This document shows positions 18,932-29,230 of a DNA stretch of 56,958 bases, in pieces. The notes beneath the pieces are model-generated. The model ran no database searches, was not told the DNA's origin, and was given only the letters and a program-made list of their open reading frames with translations. Position 1 is the first letter of the stretch; the number at the start of each line of letters is the position of its first letter. Both the position numbers and the translations under genes were made by a program. The stretch is from contig VMCJ01000026.1 of assembly GCA_008081395.1 (NCBI GenBank), forward strand, positions 1-56,958, given 5' to 3'. Source of the DNA: Rhodospirillales bacterium. Its GTDB lineage: Bacteria > Pseudomonadota > Alphaproteobacteria > Bin95.

Positions 18932-20175
18932 GCTGGGACGACTTCTGGAGCTTGAGGCGTTCTAGAGCGGGCTAAACCCTTTATGAGCAGAATAAGGCCG
19001 ATATTTGCGAGATTAAACGCGACACCTACGCCAAACGCAGTTGGGTAGCTCAAGGTTACATCATAAACAAAGCCTCCTATGAGGCCGCCTCCACCCATTC
19101 CTACATATCCAAAAAAGTAGACGATACCAGTGCGAGTTTGCGCCTGCTGGGCGGGAAAAAGTTCTCGAACTGCAAGACCATAGGCGGGAACAATCCCACC
19201 AAACACCAAACCAAACATTATAGAAATAATATACAGCTGTTGTTGCGTATCGAAAAAAATGAAGAGAGATAGAGCTGCGGCTTGCAGCCCAGCGCCAATT
19301 AAAATGGTGTTAAGACCACCAATCCTATCCGAAATCAGACCAAAACCAAGCCTGCTTACCCCTGAACAAACGAGAAGGATTGAGGCTATTTCCGCTCCTA
19401 TATGCGTTCCAAACCCTAAAGTCGCACAATACGCAACCATTTGAGCCATGGGCATGGACATAGCAACACAGCACCCAATGATCGCCATGCCTAGCAGGAA
19501 TGTAAGCAAAGCTGGGTTTATATCCGGTATTGATCGACGTGTGTTACCAACTTTGCTTCCTGTTATTTGCTGCAATTCAGGGGCAGGACGCCTGTGAACA
19601 AAGCTCAGAGGAATTATCGCAGCGGCAGCAAAAAGCCCGTAGCCAACGTAGACTGAACGCCAGCCGTATTCTGAAACTAAGGGTTCAAAGGTGATGTTCC
19701 AGAATGAGCCTGCCACAGTTTGCCCGCAAGCAACTACAGCAATAGCGAGACCTCGATTTCTATCAAACCATAACGTGACATTGGCTATCAGAGGAGCAAA
19801 GCCACACCCCATACCGAGCATGCCTATGAAAAGAAAAACTGGGATAAGGAGAGATGTCAGGTTTTCAGCAAGTGAGGCGATAGCACACCCAGCAGCTATA
19901 GCGGCAGCGGCAATGAAAAGTGCTGGCTGCACGCCCTTCTTAGATACAAAGTATCCCATGACAATACCGCCAATGCCTGCCCCAAGGGTAGTAGCGGTAT
20001 AAACGGAAGTAGCGGCAGCTCTAGACCAGCCCATGTCGATTTCAAGGAACGGTATGGAGACGATAGCCAGATAATTTCCCCCCATCGCAAGAGCAAGGGT
20101 AGAAAGCGAAGCAAACGCTATTATCCAACTGTAAGGTTGCTCAATGGAGTCTTCGCGAGAAATTTTATGGTTCAT
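18928..20175 (-). CDS. MFS transporter
   Basis: 415 aa with about 12 predicted hydrophobic segments and Gly-rich MFS-type loops. The stop overlaps the crotonase start (ATGA). Confidence 0.85.
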   Translation of the reverse strand: MNHKISREDSIEQPYSWIIAFASLSTLALAMGGNYLAIVSIPFLEIDMGWSRAAATSVYTATTLGAGIGGIVMGYFVSKKGVQPALFIAAAAIAAGCAIASLAENLTSLLIPVFLFIGMLGMGCGFAPLIANVTLWFDRNRGLAIAVVACGQTVAGSFWNITFEPLVSEYGWRSVYVGYGLFAAAAIIPLSFVHRRPAPELQQITGSKVGNTRRSIPDINPALLTFLLGMAIIGCCVAMSMPMAQMVAYCATLGFGTHIGAEIASILLVCSGVSRLGFGLISDRIGGLNTILIGAGLQAAALSLFIFFDTQQQLYIISIMFGLVFGGIVPAYGLAVRELFPAQQAQTRTGIVYFFGYVGMGGGGLIGGFVYDVTLSYPTAFGVGVAFNLANIGLILLIKGLARSRTPQAPEVVPA

Positions 20176-20178
20176 AGA

Positions 20179-20210
20179 AAACTGGGTGCTCCAAACGAAG
20201 CACCCAGTTT
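20179..20210 (-). terminator. Rho-independent terminator of lon
   Basis: The minus strand reads AAACTGGGTGCT-TCGTTTGG-AGCACCCAGTTT then TCT. This is a 12-bp perfect stem with a 9-bp GC-rich core and a T run, 37 nt after the lon stop. Confidence 0.6.
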
Positions 20211-20246
20211 AAATCATTATCATAACGATCTGGAAGCAGACTTTTT

Positions 20247-22649
20247 TTAGTGCGCTACGATTTCTGAAGCGTCTTTCCTTGCTTTTAATAATGCTTCTGC
20301 TTCTGCTGCTTCGTCTTCTTCAGTCCACTCTATGGGAACTGGTAAGCGGGTTAGGGCACGTTTCAGAACCTCATCCACTGTTTCTACCGGAATGATCTCG
20401 AGTTCCTTTTTGACATTTTCAGGGATGTCAGCGAGGTCTTTCTCATTATCCTTAGGTATCAGAACGGTTTTGATGCCTCCACGAAGTGCCGCCAGCAGCT
20501 TTTCCTTCAAGCCACCGATTGGAAGCACACGACCACGAAGGGTAATTTCGCCGGTCATAGCAACGTCTGCTCTAATGGGGATCCCGGAGAGTGCTGAAAT
20601 AATCGAGGTGCACATCGCTACGCCAGCAGATGGCCCATCCTTAGGTGTTGCGCCCTCCGGCACGTGAACGTGGATGTCACGCTTATTGAAGTCCGTTGGT
20701 TTGATGCCATACCGAAGCAGACGGGAACGCAGAAAACTGCGTGCGGCCTGCACGGATTCTTGCATTACATCGCCCAGCTTGCCGGTGTTTGCTACGTTAC
20801 CTTTGCCTGGCATTACAACGGCTTCGATTGTTAATAGCTCACCACCAACTTCCGTCCATGCAAGGCCTGTGACCACACCAACCAGATCCTCGTTCTCGGC
20901 TTTGCCAAAGCGGAATTTTTTGATCCCGGCGTATTTATCGAGGTTGCGTTTTGTAACGCGGATACTTTTCTTGTTTTCAGCGACGATTTCACGAACAGCT
21001 TTGCGAGTTAAATTCGCAATTTCGCGTTCTAAGTTTCTTACGCCCGCCTCACGTGTGTAGAAGCGTACCAAGTCTCGGAGAGCATCGTCTGTTATAGACC
21101 ATTCTCCTTTTTTGAGACCATTATTCTTTATTTGTTTTTCAATCAAATGCCTCTTTGCGATCTCAATCTTTTCATCCTCAGTGTAGCCAGGGATGCGAAT
21201 GATCTCCATACGATCGAGAAGTGGCTGAGGCATGTTTAGAGAGTTAGAGGTAGTCACAAACATCACATCAGATAAATCATAATCGACTTCTAAGTAATGG
21301 TCAGCGAAAGTGCTGTTCTGCTCGGGGTCAAGAACCTCAAGCAAAGCTGATGATGGGTCACCGCGCCAATCAGCACCAAGCTTATCTATCTCATCTAGAA
21401 GGAAGAGGGGGTTTGACGATTTTGCTTTTTTCATACCCTGGATGATTTTCCCGGGCATTGAACCAATGTAGGTTCGTCTGTGGCCTCGCACCTCCGCTTC
21501 ATCTCGAACGCCACCGAGGGACATTCTAACGAATTGCCGTCCCGTTGCTCTGGCAATTGAGCGACCAAGAGATGTCTTTCCAACACCTGGAGGGCCTACG
21601 AGGCAGAGGATTGGACCCTTCACCTTTTTTGTGCGTGTTTGAACGGCGAGATATTCAAGGATCCGTTCTTTGACCTTATCTAGGCCAAAATGATCTTCGT
21701 TGAGTACGGCCTCGGCACCATTTAGGTCTTTCTTAACCCGAGAAGGCTTCTTCCACGGTATGGAAGCAATCCAGTCTAAGTAGTTACGAACAACTGTAGC
21801 CTCTGCGGACATAGGAGCCATGTTGCGAAGCTTTTTGAGCTCAGCTCCAACTTTCTCCTTGGCTTCCTTGGACAGCTTTATTTTTTGTAGCCGCTCTTCA
21901 AGCTCTTGTGTCTCATCCTTACCATCCTCACCGTCACCAAGCTCGCGCTGGATCGCCTTCATTTGTTCGTTGAGGTAGTATTCCCGCTGACTACGCTCCA
22001 TTTGCCGCTTAACCCGGCCACGGATGCGTTTCTCAACTTCAAGGACGTCAATTTCGCCTTCCATAAATGCAAACACCCGCTCGAGACGATCTTTAACGTC
22101 TTCTGTCTCAAGAAGTTGCTGTTTTTCTGGAATTTTTAGGGCTAGGTGGGCTGCTATTGTATCAGCGAGTTTCGATGGCTCTTCGATCTGATTTACGGAA
22201 ACAAGTACTTCTGGAGGGATCTTTTTGTTTAACTTCACGTAGCTTTCAAACTGAGCAACTACAGTGCGAGCTAAAGCTTTTAGCTCCGGGGTTCCCGTTT
22301 CATTATCGGCTAGAATATCGGCTTCTGCTTCAACGAACTCAGATTGGTCTGTAAAAGCCGTGATTTTGGCACGTTCTCCGCCCTCGACGAGAACCTTAAC
22401 CGTGCCATCAGGTAACTTCAGAAGTTGTAAAATCGAGCCAACGGTACCGACTGGAAAAATATCATCGGGCCCGGGGTCATCAACGCCTGCATCATGCTGA
22501 GCTGCTAGGAGAATACGACCGTCGCCGTTGGTCACCTCCTCTAGAGCGCGAACGGATTTTTCCCGGCCTACAAATAAGGGAACGATCATATGGGGGAACA
22601 CCACGATGTCCCGAAGTGGGAGCACGGGGAAAGTATTCGTGCTTGTCAT
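20247..22649 (-). CDS. lon: ATP-dependent Lon protease
   Basis: 800 aa. LON N-domain ([12 protein letters not shown]), Walker [10 protein letters not shown], and the protease Ser-Lys dyad region [17 protein letters not shown]. Confidence 0.97.
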   Translation of the reverse strand: MTSTNTFPVLPLRDIVVFPHMIVPLFVGREKSVRALEEVTNGDGRILLAAQHDAGVDDPGPDDIFPVGTVGSILQLLKLPDGTVKVLVEGGERAKITAFTDQSEFVEAEADILADNETGTPELKALARTVVAQFESYVKLNKKIPPEVLVSVNQIEEPSKLADTIAAHLALKIPEKQQLLETEDVKDRLERVFAFMEGEIDVLEVEKRIRGRVKRQMERSQREYYLNEQMKAIQRELGDGEDGKDETQELEERLQKIKLSKEAKEKVGAELKKLRNMAPMSAEATVVRNYLDWIASIPWKKPSRVKKDLNGAEAVLNEDHFGLDKVKERILEYLAVQTRTKKVKGPILCLVGPPGVGKTSLGRSIARATGRQFVRMSLGGVRDEAEVRGHRRTYIGSMPGKIIQGMKKAKSSNPLFLLDEIDKLGADWRGDPSSALLEVLDPEQNSTFADHYLEVDYDLSDVMFVTTSNSLNMPQPLLDRMEIIRIPGYTEDEKIEIAKRHLIEKQIKNNGLKKGEWSITDDALRDLVRFYTREAGVRNLEREIANLTRKAVREIVAENKKSIRVTKRNLDKYAGIKKFRFGKAENEDLVGVVTGLAWTEVGGELLTIEAVVMPGKGNVANTGKLGDVMQESVQAARSFLRSRLLRYGIKPTDFNKRDIHVHVPEGATPKDGPSAGVAMCTSIISALSGIPIRADVAMTGEITLRGRVLPIGGLKEKLLAALRGGIKTVLIPKDNEKDLADIPENVKKELEIIPVETVDEVLKRALTRLPVPIEWTEEDEAAEAEALLKARKDASEIVAH

Positions 22650-22795
22650 AATGAGGTGTTCTCCAAATTCATCGGGATGAGAAGACGCAACGTCGACTCT
22701 AATTTCTATACCAATAGAATTGGCGTCCGGACTGACAAATTCAAGAGGTTAAAATACTCTTGTTCGTTTGTTTTCCAGCCTAATGACGTAGCGCT

Positions 22796-22822
22796 AAAAA
22801 ATTAATCGAGGCTAGGCCCCGA
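22796..22822 (-). terminator. Candidate Rho-independent terminator of clpX
   Basis: The minus strand reads TCGGGGC-CTA-GCCTCGA (7 bp including one G.U) followed by TTAATTTTT. The stem begins 9 nt after the clpX stop. Confidence 0.45.
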
Positions 22823-22831
22823 GTTGGTGGC

Positions 22832-24109
22832 TTAGGATGCCATTTCTGGGGCAGCTGAAGAATCTTCGTTTTTATCCGCATACGCATATAGCGGCTGCGC
22901 TCGTCCCTCGACAACTTCTCGATTAACGATTGCTTCATCTACGCCGTCCATGCTCGGTAAATCAAACATGGATTCCAACAGAATTTCTTCCATTATGGAG
23001 CGAAGTCCACGAGCCCCCGTTTTCCGAGCTATGGCTTTTTCAGCTACCGCTTCTAGGGCATCTTCTGTGAAGGTAAGCTTCACATCTTCCATATCAAAGA
23101 GGCGCTGATACTGCTTTATCAAAGCATTCTTTGGCTTAGTGAGGATTTCAATAAGAGCTTCCTCATCGAGGTCGCCTAGTGTGGCTATCACGGGGAGACG
23201 ACCCACAAATTCTGGAATTAAACCAAAGCGCAATAGGTCCTCTGGCTCAACTTCAGCCAATACATCTCCCTGGCGACGGGCGTCAGGCGAACGAACATCT
23301 GCTCCAAAGCCGATCGCTGTACCTTTTCCACGACCAGAAATTATCTTTTCTAAGCCTGCAAACGCGCCACCAACGATGAAAAGAATATTTGTTGTGTCGA
23401 CTTGGAGAAACTCTTGCTGTGGGTGTTTCCGTCCGCCCTGGGGCGGCACAGATGCAACTGTACCTTCCATAATCTTTAATAGAGCTTGCTGGACGCCTTC
23501 CCCTGATACGTCCCTCGTGATTGAGGGATTGTCGGATTTACGGCTGATTTTGTCCACTTCGTCGATATACACGATCCCACGTTGAGCTCGTTCGACATTG
23601 TAATCTGCTGATTGGAGGAGGCGGAGAATGATGTTTTCCACGTCCTCACCAACGTAGCCGGCCTCGGTCAGAGTTGTAGCGTCAGCCATTGTGAACGGAA
23701 CGTCGAGGATACGGGCGAGTGTTTGAGCTAAAAGTGTTTTGCCCGACCCTGTGGGACCTATAAGTAATAAATTAGACTTTGCGATTTCAACATCGCCAGA
23801 TTTAGCGCCGTGGTTCAGGCGTTTGTAGTGATTGTGCACGGCTACCGACAGAACTCGTTTTGCGCGGTCCTGACCGATCACGTAGTCATTCAAAACATTG
23901 CAGATTTCTTGAGGCGTTGGCACTCCATCACTGGATTTAACCAGACTACTTTTGTGCTCTTCTCGGATGATATCCATGCAGAGCTCTACGCATTCATCAC
24001 AAATGAATACGGTTGGTCCTGCTATCAGCTTACGCACTTCGTGCTGGCTTTTTCCGCAAAAAGAGCAATAGAGCGTGTTTTTTGAGTCGGAGCTAGAATT
24101 CTTGCTCAT
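22832..24109 (-). CDS. clpX: ATP-dependent Clp protease ATP-binding subunit ClpX
   Basis: Zinc-finger N-terminus [26 protein letters not shown] and Walker A GPTGSGKT. The ATG at 24109 has an AGGAAA RBS. The track start 24127 is a short upstream extension. Confidence 0.97.
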   Translation of the reverse strand: MSKNSSSDSKNTLYCSFCGKSQHEVRKLIAGPTVFICDECVELCMDIIREEHKSSLVKSSDGVPTPQEICNVLNDYVIGQDRAKRVLSVAVHNHYKRLNHGAKSGDVEIAKSNLLLIGPTGSGKTLLAQTLARILDVPFTMADATTLTEAGYVGEDVENIILRLLQSADYNVERAQRGIVYIDEVDKISRKSDNPSITRDVSGEGVQQALLKIMEGTVASVPPQGGRKHPQQEFLQVDTTNILFIVGGAFAGLEKIISGRGKGTAIGFGADVRSPDARRQGDVLAEVEPEDLLRFGLIPEFVGRLPVIATLGDLDEEALIEILTKPKNALIKQYQRLFDMEDVKLTFTEDALEAVAEKAIARKTGARGLRSIMEEILLESMFDLPSMDGVDEAIVNREVVEGRAQPLYAYADKNEDSSAAPEMAS

Positions 24110-24170
24110 ACGCTTTCCTATCTGCAACGGAGCGTCGCCTTAGCAGCTTAAACTCTTGGCGAGCCTCTGT

Positions 24171-24194
24171 AAAACGTCACAGGGACGTTTTTTT
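24171..24194. terminator. Hairpin between clpP and clpX (possible attenuator)
   Basis: AAAACGTC-ACAGG-GACGTTTT (8-bp stem), flanked by T runs readable on either strand. Confidence 0.35.
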
Positions 24195-24233
24195 AGTCAC
24201 TCAATTGAATGGAGCACCAAATTAGTTGGGTTC

Positions 24234-24890
24234 CTAGTCTTCCGCCGCAGCTGCTGGGCGCTCTTGTACCACTTCATCGACAATACCAAAGTCTTTAGCC
24301 TCTTCGGCAGACATGAAGCGATCTCGCTCAAGTGCGTCTTCTACGGTCTTCAGGTCTTGTCCGCAGTGTTTGACGTAAATTTCGTTAAGCCTTTGGCGTA
24401 GGCTTAGAATTTCACGAGCATGAATTTCTATGTCTGTTGCCTGGCCCTGGAAGCCACCTGATGGTTGATGCACCATTATACGAGAATTCGGTAAACAAAA
24501 ACGCTTACCTGGAGCACCTGCTGCCATCAGCAGTGACCCCATCGATGCCGCTTGACCAATGCAGAGAGTTGCAACAGGAGCGCGGATGTATTGCATGGTG
24601 TCGTAGATAGCTAAGCCTGCTGTGACAACACCACCTGGCGAGTTGATATAAAAACTAATCTCTTTGTCAGGGTTTTCCGCTTCTAAGAACAATAGCTGGG
24701 CGCAAATCAGCGAAGAGACTTCGTCGTAAACGGGCCCTGTGAGGAAAATGATCCGTTCTTTGAGGAGTCGCGAGTAAATGTCGTAGGCGCGCTCACCTCG
24801 GTTTGATTGTTCGACAACCATCGGAACCAAAGCATTCATGGTGGTGTCACCTGCAAAGGTAGGGCGGCGGAAAGGGTCAAAAGAAGTCAT
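24234..24890 (-). CDS. clpP: ATP-dependent Clp protease proteolytic subunit ClpP
   Basis: [30 protein letters not shown]. Catalytic Ser in GQAASMGS and catalytic His in MVHQP. The track start 24935 is GTG. ATG 24890 (AAGAG upstream) or ATG 24839 are the likelier starts. Confidence 0.95.
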   Translation of the reverse strand: MTSFDPFRRPTFAGDTTMNALVPMVVEQSNRGERAYDIYSRLLKERIIFLTGPVYDEVSSLICAQLLFLEAENPDKEISFYINSPGGVVTAGLAIYDTMQYIRAPVATLCIGQAASMGSLLMAAGAPGKRFCLPNSRIMVHQPSGGFQGQATDIEIHAREILSLRQRLNEIYVKHCGQDLKTVEDALERDRFMSAEEAKDFGIVDEVVQERPAAAAED

Positions 24891-24977
24891 TACGGGCTCT
24901 TTCGGTGTGCTGTTCGTGGGCGATGGAACACCCACGGCTGTTAACTACTCAAAGAGTTGGCGCTGAAATGACGAAGG

Positions 24978-26321
24978 TCAAGCTTCCTCTGACTTCTCTT
25001 TGTCTCCAGCAGTCTCCATAAGTTCCTCTGGTGTTGCTGAGCGCTTCTCAACTTTGGCAAGCTCCAGAATAAAGTCCACCACCTTATCTTCGAGAATAGG
25101 TGCTTGCACTTGTCCAAGCGCTTGCGGATTTTTCTGGTAATACTCGTAAACCATTTGTTCTTGACCAGGGAAATTAGCCGCCTGTGCGCGGATCGCTTGG
25201 CCAATATCTTGCTCAGTTATTTCAATGCTATTCTGCTTGCCGATTTCAGCTAATAGCAATCCTAGGCGAACGCGGCGGGTGGCCACCTTTCTATAATCCG
25301 CCTCTAGTTCTTCATCTGACTTACCCTCGCGGACTTCATCAGCTTTATCGCCCTCTAGTTGCTGCTTAACCTCGGCCCATATTTGTTCGAATTCACGCTC
25401 GACTAATGTGGGAGGTGATTCAAATTCGTGTGCTTCATCTAATTTATCAAAAAGCTCTTGCTTCATCCGAGCTCTTGCTGCCTGGCTATAGCTTCCTGTG
25501 ATGCGTTCGGCGATTTGGGCCTTTAGAGCGGCTAAATCATCCATGCCGACCTTTTTAGCCAAGTCATCGTCAAGCTTGGCCTCAGTTTTAGCTTTGAGGC
25601 CGGTTAATTTAACTGCGAAGACTGCATCCTTACCGGCTAAATTTTCTGCACCATAGTCGTCAGGGAATTTAACATTGACGTCTTTCTCTTCTCCTGGCGA
25701 TACCCCAATGAGTTGGTCTTCGAAGCCTGGAATAAAGGCGCCAGCTCCAAGCTCTAAGTGGTACCCTTCTGCAGAACCTCCGGCGAACTCTTCTCCGTCG
25801 ACTTTTCCCACAAAATCAATGACGACTACATCGCCACTTTCAGCTGGACGAGCTTCTTCGACATCAGTTGTTTCGCGCATAGCTTCTGCAAAGCGCTCTA
25901 GTTCTGATTGGACGTCTTCGTCTTTTGCTGGAACCTCAAGCTGGACTAATTCAAGAGATGAAAAGTCCATTGGTTTAATTTCAGGGAGAATTTCTGACTT
26001 AACGGTAAAGGAAAGGTCTTCCCCGTCCTTATATTCCCCAAAATCTAACTCAGGCTCGAAAGCTGGAGTTAAACTGCGGTCATCGAATGCGGATGCCATG
26101 CCTTCGCGCACAATTTTGTCGATGGCTTCTCCTAAAACGGCCTTACCAAACCGTTGACGAAGAATTTTTACTGGAGCTTTACCTGGGCGGAAGCCATGCA
26201 GGTTGACCTGCGGTGCCATCTCAACGAGTCGTTCTTCAACTGCTGAATCTATCTCTCCTGCCGAGATAACCATTTGAAACTCGCGCTTCAAACCTTCGGA
26301 AAGCGTCTCCGTAACCTGCAT
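24978..26321 (-). CDS. tig: Trigger factor
   Basis: 447 aa. N-terminus MQVTETLSEGLKREF, ribosome-binding GFRPGKAP motif, and an FKBP-type middle domain. Confidence 0.95.
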   Translation of the reverse strand: MQVTETLSEGLKREFQMVISAGEIDSAVEERLVEMAPQVNLHGFRPGKAPVKILRQRFGKAVLGEAIDKIVREGMASAFDDRSLTPAFEPELDFGEYKDGEDLSFTVKSEILPEIKPMDFSSLELVQLEVPAKDEDVQSELERFAEAMRETTDVEEARPAESGDVVVIDFVGKVDGEEFAGGSAEGYHLELGAGAFIPGFEDQLIGVSPGEEKDVNVKFPDDYGAENLAGKDAVFAVKLTGLKAKTEAKLDDDLAKKVGMDDLAALKAQIAERITGSYSQAARARMKQELFDKLDEAHEFESPPTLVEREFEQIWAEVKQQLEGDKADEVREGKSDEELEADYRKVATRRVRLGLLLAEIGKQNSIEITEQDIGQAIRAQAANFPGQEQMVYEYYQKNPQALGQVQAPILEDKVVDFILELAKVEKRSATPEELMETAGDKEKSEEA

Positions 26322-26360
26322 TTTACTCGCGTCCGCCGTCTTAAGTGAAACTTACAAAAA

Positions 26361-26446
26361 TGGTGCGGGCGAAGGGACTTGAACCCCCACGGCCGATGGC
26401 CACCAGAACCTAAATCTGGCGCGTCTACCAATTCCGCCACGCCCGC
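26361..26446 (-). tRNA. tRNA-Leu (anticodon TAG)
   Basis: Reverse complement: acceptor GCGGGCG/CGCCCGC, anticodon stem CCAGA/TCTGG with loop TTTAGGT, long variable arm, T-loop TTCAAGT, encoded CCA. 86 nt. Confidence 0.9.
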
Positions 26447-26541
26447 CCGAACAGCACAAAAGTTCTGCCCGAAGGCGGCCTTCTATAGCATTCTGCACTC
26501 GCTTGGAAGTCCCTTTGATCTAAGAAAGTGCAGTTTGCAGT

Positions 26542-28173
26542 TTAAATAGCCTCTGAACGGATGGCTTTAAGGGCTTCGGGCGTATCTATATCCCTTAGAA
26601 CGGCAGGGTCTGACATCTCTATTTCCGAGACTGATTCTTCATTCTGTCCGATGAGATGTTTCGCCCCTACATCGCCGCGGAGGTCTGCCATCTGTTTTGC
26701 AAAGGAGCTTGCCCAAAGAACTGGATTGCCTCTTTTCCCGCCATGGGTTGGAACGCATATGGAGCGCCCCTCTATAGGATTGAAGCCAGCAATTAGTCGG
26801 TCAACATGTGAGGCATTTACGTGAGGCATATCTCCAAGTAGGACTATTAATGCGTCTGCTTGCTCATTTAAATTTTTTGCTGCAGCGCGAAGAGATGTAG
26901 ATAGACCTTCATCGAAGTCGGGGTTTTCAACAAAACTAACATTTTTGTTTGAAAGCACCTTTTTTACTTCTTCTGCTTGGTGGCCCACGACAACAGTTAC
27001 AGAAATAGTGTCTGCGGCAAGCGCTGCTTCCACAGCATGAACAACCATTGGTTTTCCATCAACAACCTCTAGTAGCTTATTTACCGAGCCCATTCGGCGG
27101 GACTGACCAGCTGCCAGAACCACTGCTGCCACTTTAGGGGCCTGAGGTTTGACTTGCCCTCTTCTGGTTGCCTGTTCACGCGGCAAGGGTCGGGCGCTAA
27201 TCTCGGCTAGTAGTCCACCGACTCCCATTCCCTTAACGTCATCTGGCATAAGGGGAATGTTAGCTGCAAAGCGTTGTAATACCCAATCAAAGCCATTCAA
27301 CTTCGGAGAGCGAGCGCATCCCGGCAAACCAATCACCGGCTTCTCTGTAAGCGTGGCAAAGAGAATTAAATTTCCAGGATCCACAGGCATTCCAAAGTGT
27401 TGAATTTCGCCTCCAGCAAGTTCGATTCCCTTGGGAAGAGCATCTGACCGATCACAAATTGCTGATGCGCCAGCTATTAGAAAGATATCTGGTTTATATT
27501 TACCAGCTTCCTTGATGGCAGCTGAGATTGCTTCCGCATTATGATTACAACGAATTTCCCGAATTAAAGTACAGCCCGTGTCTTCAAGTCGGGCTGCAGT
27601 GATATCTACTGTTTTATTCAGAACGCTGGTCTTGATTGTTGCTAGAGTGGACTGAATCAAAATCGCCTTTTTGTGGGTGTAAGGAGCAACTTGAATCGCA
27701 GCGCTGCCTTTTTTGGCAAGCCCCTCTGCCTCAATGACAGCACTCTCTGGTGCAGCAAATGGAATAATCTTAACTGTTGCTGCCATTTGGCGTGGATCAA
27801 CTGCTTCGTATTCTGGAAGGGTTGCGACAGTAATACTTTCATGAACTCTATTTATTTGGTCGATCTTCTTTTTATCGACCACAACGACACCGGGTTTGGA
27901 GGCGAAAAGATTAACTCTTCCGGTGAAAGCAGCGCTTGTCTTTAACCCAGGGCCTAACAAGGCCGCTGAAAGGCGTCGAGCTGCTTCATCCTCATGCACA
28001 TCACCTTCTTCAAGCGTAGCAACAATGACGGTGTCTATCCCACTGTCAGTCAGTCTTGCACTGTCTTCAGTCGTTAAAAGCCTGCCCTTTTTGAACACAC
28101 GTCCACTTACTTTTACGGAATGGGCAAGATAGGCCCCAGCCGCATCTGAAGCTGGACAGGGGCCAAATTTCAT
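26542..28173 (-). CDS. Fusion protein: molybdopterin-binding (MoCF/MoeA-CinA-like) domain plus MocA-type molybdenum cofactor cytidylyltransferase domain
   Basis: 543 aa. The C-terminal 200 aa carry VVLAAGQSRRMG...NKLL (MobA/MocA NTP-transferase motif). The N-terminal 340 aa carry a molybdopterin-binding-like region (IFLIAGASAICDRSD). 4-nt overlap with the upstream gene. Confidence 0.8.
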   Translation of the reverse strand: MKFGPCPASDAAGAYLAHSVKVSGRVFKKGRLLTTEDSARLTDSGIDTVIVATLEEGDVHEDEAARRLSAALLGPGLKTSAAFTGRVNLFASKPGVVVVDKKKIDQINRVHESITVATLPEYEAVDPRQMAATVKIIPFAAPESAVIEAEGLAKKGSAAIQVAPYTHKKAILIQSTLATIKTSVLNKTVDITAARLEDTGCTLIREIRCNHNAEAISAAIKEAGKYKPDIFLIAGASAICDRSDALPKGIELAGGEIQHFGMPVDPGNLILFATLTEKPVIGLPGCARSPKLNGFDWVLQRFAANIPLMPDDVKGMGVGGLLAEISARPLPREQATRRGQVKPQAPKVAAVVLAAGQSRRMGSVNKLLEVVDGKPMVVHAVEAALAADTISVTVVVGHQAEEVKKVLSNKNVSFVENPDFDEGLSTSLRAAAKNLNEQADALIVLLGDMPHVNASHVDRLIAGFNPIEGRSICVPTHGGKRGNPVLWASSFAKQMADLRGDVGAKHLIGQNEESVSEIEMSDPAVLRDIDTPEALKAIRSEAI

Positions 28174-28871
28174 AACTTCGACCCTTTATAGAGATGCTGT
28201 ATGGCTTCCGCGAGTATGGCGCACGCAATTTCTGCTGGCGCTCGTCCACCAAGATCTAAACCAACAGGTCCATTGATCCGCTTGAGAGTTTGGTCGTCAA
28301 AACCCAGTTCTCTTAGGCGATCGAGGCGTTTCCCATGTGATTTTCTACCTCCAAGTGCGCCAATGTAGAATGCCTTGGAATGAAGAGCGGCAGCGAGCGC
28401 TGGGTCGTCTATCTTCGGGTCGTGAGATAGCGTCACAACTGCTGTCCGGCTGTCTGGCGCGATTTTTGACATCGCATCGTCTGGCCAGTCATCCATCATT
28501 GTGACACCAGGAAAACGCTCGGCGGTTGCAAATGCTCCTCGGGGATCAATGACGGTTACATCGAATCCTGCGAGTGATGCCATTTGCGTCAATGGCTGAG
28601 TGATGTGTACCGCCCCTATAACAGCCATGCGGCGTGGAGGGTTGTGCACATGAATAAAATAGCGCTCTTCTCCATCAGTTATGAGGGCTGAATTATCTTG
28701 ACGAATTGCTTCTTTAGCAGCCTCAATGATGGTTGAAGGGGCATTCAGATTGCCATTTTCGTGCTCATCAAAAATGACTGTTTCGCTTCCATCGGAAATA
28801 CGAACGACGCGAGCGTGCGCCTCTCTTGCTTTCGCGTATTCAGCGAGTTTTCCAAGGGTTTCTGACTTCAT
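28170..28871 (-). CDS. XdhC/CoxI-family maturation protein (Rossmann-domain part)
   Basis: RMAVIGAVHITQPL..MA...GFDVTVIDPR is typical of the XdhC C-terminal domain. ATG 28871 overlaps the upstream stop (ATGA). The track start 28913 is an extension. Confidence 0.8.
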   Translation of the reverse strand: MKSETLGKLAEYAKAREAHARVVRISDGSETVIFDEHENGNLNAPSTIIEAAKEAIRQDNSALITDGEERYFIHVHNPPRRMAVIGAVHITQPLTQMASLAGFDVTVIDPRGAFATAERFPGVTMMDDWPDDAMSKIAPDSRTAVVTLSHDPKIDDPALAAALHSKAFYIGALGGRKSHGKRLDRLRELGFDDQTLKRINGPVGLDLGGRAPAEIACAILAEAIQHLYKGSKL

Positions 28872-29230
28872 TCGCCGACCCGCTCCACAAAAACTTCTAC
28901 TTTGCCGCCACACGTAAGGCCTACTTCCCAGGCTTGTGTGTCACTAACCCCAAAATCTAGTAGACGAGGCTTTCCGTCCGAGATTGCATCAAGTGCCTCG
29001 GTAATCACGGCACCTTCAATGCAACCACCTGATACAGATCCGAGGAAAGAGCCATCAGAATTAACCACTAGTTGGGAGCCGATGCCACGAGGGCTCGATC
29101 CCCAAGTTGATACTACTGTTGCTACAGCTACGCCCTTGCCCTGCTCCCGCCACGACATGGCCTTCGCAATTATCTCATCGGATTCGGCTGGACCGATTTC
29201 ACCTTTTAGTTCGGAAGTGTCTGCTGGCAT
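28868..29230 (-). CDS. XdhC/CoxI-family protein (N-terminal domain only)
   Basis: 120 aa. VATVVSTWGSSPRGIGSQLVV..DGSF.GSVSGGCIEG is the XdhC_CoxI signature. Confidence 0.75.
   Translation of the reverse strand: MPADTSELKGEIGPAESDEIIAKAMSWREQGKGVAVATVVSTWGSSPRGIGSQLVVNSDGSFLGSVSGGCIEGAVITEALDAISDGKPRLLDFGVSDTQAWEVGLTCGGKVEVFVERVGE

Noticed and set aside
22590-22805. A 71-aa plus-strand ORF in the lon-clpX spacer.
   Set aside because: It starts antisense within lon, has a low-complexity composition, and the region is better explained as the clpX terminator plus the lon promoter and leader.
24156-24401. An 81-aa plus-strand ORF in the clpP-clpX spacer. I considered it because some alphaproteobacteria carry an opposite-strand gene between clpP and clpX.
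   Set aside because: Two thirds of it lies antisense inside the clpP 3' end. The true spacer is only about 125 nt and is occupied by a hairpin.
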